Positions 60,204 through 64,000 of a stretch of DNA of 64,000 nucleotides are shown one piece after another (within the stretch, counting starts at the first letter, position 1; every line of letters begins with the position of its first letter). Source of the stretch: Candidatus Obscuribacteraceae bacterium (GTDB taxonomy: Bacteria > Cyanobacteriota > Vampirovibrionia > Obscuribacterales > Obscuribacteraceae); assembly GCA_044226015.1 (NCBI GenBank), contig JBGAHS010000007.1, positions 224,001 through 288,000 on the forward strand, given 5' to 3'. A program made the translations under genes and the position numbers. The notes below the pieces were generated by a model that saw only the letters and a list, made by a program, of their open reading frames with translations, had not been told where the DNA came from and did no database searches.

Positions 60204-60551
60204 CTATTCCAGGTCGGGCTTCTTAAGAATCTCTCCGGTTCGCTTTTCGCCGGAAGCGATACGCACCGTGTATTCGATGTCTTGCACAAAAATAAGCCCA
60301 TCACCAGGTTTTCCTGTTGAAACGGTTTTTTGAACCAGGCGCACAATTTCGTCGCATTTGTCATCAGTGGAGACAATTTCTACGCGAGTTTTCTCACTGA
60401 GTTCACCGCTGAGGTCCCAGTCTGATTCAGCTGTCTCTGTGCCAAAACCTCTGGCGGCGCATGCTGTTAGACCAGATATTCCTGCACGTCTTATGGCACT
60501 GGCTAAATAGTCCAATTTTCTCGGTTGGATAATGGCAACGATTAATTTCAT
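60204..60551 (-). CDS. PII-family signal protein (non-canonical T-loop)
   Basis: MKLIVAIIQP, GISGLT, RGFG, K.RVEIV, TGKPGDGLIFV, VRIASGE. Confidence 0.9.
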   Translation of the reverse strand: MKLIVAIIQPRKLDYLASAIRRAGISGLTACAARGFGTETAESDWDLSGELSEKTRVEIVSTDDKCDEIVRLVQKTVSTGKPGDGLIFVQDIEYTVRIASGEKRTGEILKKPDLE

Positions 60552-60605
60552 CTCTGCAACGCGGATTAAGTAATACTCGTCCGATTATCTCACAAAAAAA
60601 CAAGA

Positions 60606-60932
60606 TTATCGTTTTTGCACCTTGCAGCTCTCGCTGAGTATAGCCGAATATAGCGCTAAAACGTTTTCTAGCAAGGCTGAGTTCGGCAGTTCTCTTCTTA
60701 TTCCTTCAAGAACACGCTTTTCCCTCTCCTCGTCTTTAATTGGAATTCCCATCTCGTGTTTCCAATTACCCAGTGTTTGAGCTAGCTCTAACCTTCTCTC
60801 CAGGAGGAAGCTCAGTTCTCGATCAATCAAATCTATTTCTTTTCTGATGTGTTCGATGCGCTTGAGTGGAAGTGAGGCTGGAACCTGATTTAGCGCTGTC
60901 TTGTTCTGCTCGTTTTTCGGTTTTGGCAGCAT
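60606..60932 (-). CDS. Monofunctional chorismate mutase (AroQ type)
   Basis: IRKEIDLIDREL..LLERR...G.WK...IKDEERE...S..VQ. Confidence 0.9.
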   Translation of the reverse strand: MLPKPKNEQNKTALNQVPASLPLKRIEHIRKEIDLIDRELSFLLERRLELAQTLGNWKHEMGIPIKDEEREKRVLEGIRRELPNSALLENVLALYSAILSESCKVQKR

Positions 60933-60936
60933 TGTT

Positions 60937-61842
60937 TTATCCTCTCGAAACGCAAGAACGTTGAATTCTGTTTGGGTGAATTGAGATTATTTGGGAGTTG
61001 TTCATAGCACTGTATTTTTCGTGCATTGAACGACCCAATGCGGCTGCCAACGGTTTTAGTGATCTGACAAGGGCTTCCATTTCATCCAGCGATAACGCTT
61101 GTCTTGCGTCAGAAACTGACTTGGAAGGTTCTGGATGGCATTCGATTATGAGTCCATCGGCACCGCTGGCGATGGCAGCTTTGGATAAGCCTGCAACCAA
61201 TTCGCTTTTGCCGCATGCATGGCTGGGGTCTACAATAACTGGAAGGTGAGTGATTTGTTTGAGTGCGACGACAGCGCCTAAATCGAGAACATTTCTTGTG
61301 TAATTATCGAAGCTTCTTATACCGCGTTCGCACAAGATTACATCCGGATTGCCGTGGCTTACGATGTATTCTGCCGCGAGAACGAACTCTTCGATGCTGG
61401 CACAAAGTCCGCGTTTCAATAGAACCGGTTTTCCTGCTTGTCCTAAAGCTTTTAGCAAATCGAAGTTTTGCATGTTTCTACTTCCAATTTGCAATATGTC
61501 AGCTGTTTTTACAAGGCTGCTGATTTGATCTTGAGACATGACTTCCGTAATGACAGGAATTCCATAGTCATCTTTGATTTTCTGCAGAATGCTGATGCCT
61601 TCTTCTCCGAGTCCCTGAAAGCTGTAAGGCGAAGTGCGAGGCTTGTACACACCACCACGAATCATCTGCACGGTTTGATGGAGGCGATTTGCCACTGCAT
61701 CCATTTGCTCTTGATTTTCGACGGCACACGGACCCCCGATGATTAGTAATTTATTGGAACCTACGGAAACTTTCTCGGAAATTTTTATTACTGTTGTTTG
61801 CTGCTCTGCAGACTGTTTTCTGACCAATTTTGCATCTAACAT
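60937..61842 (-). CDS. aroF: DAHP synthase, type I-beta, without an N-terminal regulatory domain
   Basis: GGPCAVE, RGGVYKPRTSPYSFQGLG, QIGSRNMQNF, LCERGIRSF, VDPSH, SDARQ; AAGGAG SD. Confidence 0.96.
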   Translation of the reverse strand: MLDAKLVRKQSAEQQTTVIKISEKVSVGSNKLLIIGGPCAVENQEQMDAVANRLHQTVQMIRGGVYKPRTSPYSFQGLGEEGISILQKIKDDYGIPVITEVMSQDQISSLVKTADILQIGSRNMQNFDLLKALGQAGKPVLLKRGLCASIEEFVLAAEYIVSHGNPDVILCERGIRSFDNYTRNVLDLGAVVALKQITHLPVIVDPSHACGKSELVAGLSKAAIASGADGLIIECHPEPSKSVSDARQALSLDEMEALVRSLKPLAAALGRSMHEKYSAMNNSQIISIHPNRIQRSCVSRG

Positions 61843-61923
61843 GACGACTCCTTAGAACAATGTGAATCTTGCGAGGTCCCTGATACTCATGACCCCGCGT
61901 TGCCGATTTGTGCCTGAAATCAA

Positions 61924-61980
61924 CTAAGCTAGGGGAACCTGGCTAAAGAAAAATTCGAAGCTAAAAAACTGTTTTTGCAT
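61924..61980 (-). CDS. Phe-rich leader peptide 2 (MQKQFFSFEFFFSQVPLA)
   Basis: Hand-translated ATG CAA AAA CAG TTT TTT AGC TTC GAA TTT TTC TTT AGC CAG GTT CCC CTA GCT TAG; 6 of 18 residues are Phe; AGGGA SD upstream. Confidence 0.8.
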   Translation of the reverse strand: MQKQFFSFEFFFSQVPLA

Positions 61981-61992
61981 AACATCCCTATT

Positions 61993-62024
61993 AAACGAAA
62001 AGACCGCAGCTAACGACTGCGGTC
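61993..62024 (-). terminator. Attenuator terminator hairpin
   Basis: GACCGCAG-tcgttag-CTGCGGTC followed by TTTTCGTTT on the minus strand. Confidence 0.88.
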
Positions 62025-62048
62025 CACCTGGTGCCTTGAGTTGCTAAC

Positions 62049-62102
62049 TCAGTCCAAGTGAACCTCAATAAAGAAAAAGAAAAAAGGAATTGGGCGTTTC
62101 AT
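62049..62102 (-). CDS. Phe-rich leader peptide 1 (MKRPIPFFFFFIEVHLD), pheL-like
   Basis: Hand-translated ATG AAA CGC CCA ATT CCT TTT TTC TTT TTC TTT ATT GAG GTT CAC TTG GAC TGA; five consecutive Phe codons. Confidence 0.85.
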   Translation of the reverse strand: MKRPIPFFFFFIEVHLD

Positions 62103-62129
62103 TCGTTTTACTGGTGTAGTGATGCAACC

Positions 62130-62158
62130 ATGCTAATTCTAGAATGCCTTATGGTCAA
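62130..62158 (-). promoter_or_regulatory. Sigma70-type promoter TTGACC-N17-TAGCAT for the leader/aroF transcript
   Basis: Hexamers at 62158-62153 and 62135-62130 with a 17-bp spacer; the predicted start lies about 20 nt before leader 1. Confidence 0.65.
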
Positions 62159-62425
62159 GCAATTGTTAAGGAAAGGTGAACGGGTGCCCGAATGTATTGC
62201 AGGAGAGGCGATATGGGGATCGCTGTCTGGGTGACCAGCCTCTCTGTTCACGCATATAATTGATGAACTCAAATCGCAAATCAATCTTTGCTTACTGAAG
62301 GCTCACTGTTAGTCAATCTTGTCCAAACCAAATCTTGCTACTTCACCTAAGCTGTAGCCTATCTTAAGAGCAAGTTGAATTTTAGGACTTATAATTTGTA
62401 CAGATACTGAAGAAGAGGAAGTTCG

Positions 62426-62884
62426 ATGAAAGTAATGCTTGCCGTCGATGATTCTGACCACTCGGAATATGCGCTTGAATCAGTGTTGAAACGCCCCTGG
62501 AGTCCAGGCACGCAGTTCCTGGTTTTTATGGTCTGCGAACCCTATCATCCCGATTTTGCTGGATGGGACGAGCATGCTGTTGAACAAGCAAAACAATATG
62601 CTAAGCGTTTAGAATCCACAGCAACGTCTTACGTGACAAAGTGCGCCGACCGCATCAAGCAAACGATCACTGATTGCTCGGTTGAGTCAGAGGTGGTTGA
62701 AAGTGGGCGAATCAAAGAGACGATCATTCAAACAGCGAGCAATTGGTCGGCAGATTTGATAGTAATGGGTTCTCACGGACGAACAGGGCTTGAGCGCTTC
62801 CTTTTAGGCAGCGTGTCTCAGGCAGTGGTGTCACATGCACCATGCTCGGTCGAAATAGTTAAGCGGTCTGGCGGGTCTGTCTGA
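62426..62884 (+). CDS. Universal stress protein (UspA family)
   Basis: VMLAVDDS, ADLIVMGSHGRTGLERFLLGSVS, APCSV. Confidence 0.95.
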   Translation: MKVMLAVDDSDHSEYALESVLKRPWSPGTQFLVFMVCEPYHPDFAGWDEHAVEQAKQYAKRLESTATSYVTKCADRIKQTITDCSVESEVVESGRIKETIIQTASNWSADLIVMGSHGRTGLERFLLGSVSQAVVSHAPCSVEIVKRSGGSV

Positions 62885-62886
62885 AC

Positions 62887-63078
62887 CTACTCTTCAAATT
62901 GACTTTGTTGTTCAGCATCAAAGAAAATTGCTTTTGCTCCAAGACCGAGCGAAGCTACAACCCAAATACCCATTACAAATACTAGCCAGTATGGGCTACC
63001 AATCGTTGTTGCGGTTTCGTGCATTTCCTGAGCTCCAAAAAAGACTGCCACCAGGGTTATTCCCTTTATCGACTTCAA
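62887..63078 (-). CDS. Small membrane protein (tentative)
   Basis: Two hydrophobic segments; TTG start with AGGA upstream; fills the gap between genes. Confidence 0.5.
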   Translation of the reverse strand: MKSIKGITLVAVFFGAQEMHETATTIGSPYWLVFVMGIWVVASLGLGAKAIFFDAEQQSQFEE

Positions 63079-63135
63079 TTTATCCTGTATCAGGTTAGCT
63101 AACAGCCATTTGTGAAGTAACGATACGCGGATTCA

Positions 63136-63954
63136 CTACTTTCCAGCTATGGAAAGTTCATGAAATCGCTGTTTGAACTCAGCTACTGTCATTGTAAATC
63201 TGCTGTCATTGACGCCGTCTTTTGGGCGACCGTTTGCTAGTGCTGGCTCAGTTGGGAAGGATTTAGTGATAATGGCATCTCCAACGGGTTTGATTGGGTT
63301 CTCTAAGGGTACTTTGCCAGACTTTTCGTCATAACTTACTGCATATGCATGTTTGTTAACCAGACCATTTTGGGTCGCACCGTAGTACCCAGCTGCCATC
63401 GGAGTGTTCTCTCTGGCGGCGGTTTCCAGCGCTGATTGCAAATCGGAGTCTTTTACTATTGGACCAATGTTTTTGTCTTTGAAGTAGAAAGTTTTGTTTT
63501 CTTTACCTGTCAGCAGATGCATCGCAGATTTGATGAGTCCACCGTCTATTTGGCCCACCTCCAATGATGTGTTTGCGTTTTTGTCTATTTCCATGCCCGT
63601 TAGTTCTGACTTGCGTAGAGCCTTTTCTAGTGTCGCTGCTGTCTCGTTGCCACCAAACATAGCCTTTTCTGATTCAGTTGGTTTGTCCACTTCAATTTTT
63701 CCATTGCCACCAGGGAAGGTGACTGTGCTGGTGCCATTCTCATTCTGGTTGATCATGTTCTTGACCGCATCAGGCTTTGTCTTTTGCAAGCTAATGAGAG
63801 GTGCAAGGAAAAAACAGTCACCGGCATGACCTTGTGATACTTTATTCGATTCCTTGCCTGATTCGTCGAGCTTGTTTTTAGCATGTTCTCTCCTGGCACC
63901 AAGTGCATTCATTGCACCTAGTTCTGGTGAAACCTTGCCTTGAATTTCGCTCAA
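63136..63954 (-). CDS. Calpain-like (peptidase C2) cysteine protease domain protein
   Basis: QGHAGDCFFLA, LEKA, HAYAV and ENP give a Cys-His-Asn triad. Confidence 0.8.
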   Translation of the reverse strand: MSEIQGKVSPELGAMNALGARREHAKNKLDESGKESNKVSQGHAGDCFFLAPLISLQKTKPDAVKNMINQNENGTSTVTFPGGNGKIEVDKPTESEKAMFGGNETAATLEKALRKSELTGMEIDKNANTSLEVGQIDGGLIKSAMHLLTGKENKTFYFKDKNIGPIVKDSDLQSALETAARENTPMAAGYYGATQNGLVNKHAYAVSYDEKSGKVPLENPIKPVGDAIITKSFPTEPALANGRPKDGVNDSRFTMTVAEFKQRFHELSIAGK

Positions 63955-64000
63955 TTTGAGTGAAGCCGCGCATATAGGTTTGCGGCTGCAGTTTTGTCAG

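Noticed and set aside
1..64000. Mobile elements, prophage, defence systems, tRNA or rRNA genes
   Set aside because: No transposase, integrase, phage, restriction, cas or structural-RNA signature was recognised by eye; short tRNAs or ncRNAs could still be missed without a scan.

Overview
A gene-dense, ordinary-looking chromosomal window of roughly mid-40s % GC (estimated by eye). No rRNA, tRNA, CRISPR array, transposase or prophage gene was recognised. The gene style (Ser/Thr kinase-Sel1 fusion, TPR-double retropepsin, DUF900 hydrolases, cyanobacterial-like DAHP synthase, no photosynthesis genes here) suggests a non-photosynthetic cyanobacterial relative such as Melainabacteria/Obscuribacterales; this is an inference. 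Contents: a MacAB-TolC-type exporter, a DUF1800/DUF1501 pair, divergent allA/aceB, msrA, an OmpR-family two-component pair, class I fumarase, ovothiol synthase ovoA, a stand-alone divergent murE, glpD, a MoxR-DUF58-transglutaminase operon, several proteases, a shikimate cluster (aroC-aroB-pheA divergent from aroA), a Spy-ECF sigma-anti-sigma operon, and a DAHP synthase-chorismate mutase-PII-like run. The most striking signal is absent from the ORF track. Upstream of the DAHP synthase gene are two tandem Phe-rich leader peptides, MKRPIPFFFFFIEVHLD (62049-62102, minus) and MQKQFFSFEFFFSQVPLA (61924-61980, minus). They come with a sigma70-type promoter and mutually exclusive antiterminator/terminator hairpins, i.e. 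a candidate double phenylalanine attenuator. Other notable items are a MurE whose DNPR specificity motif reads AHPR, a proteasome-beta-like Ntn hydrolase with a histone-like basic tail, a non-canonical PII protein and a 14-bp tandem repeat array.
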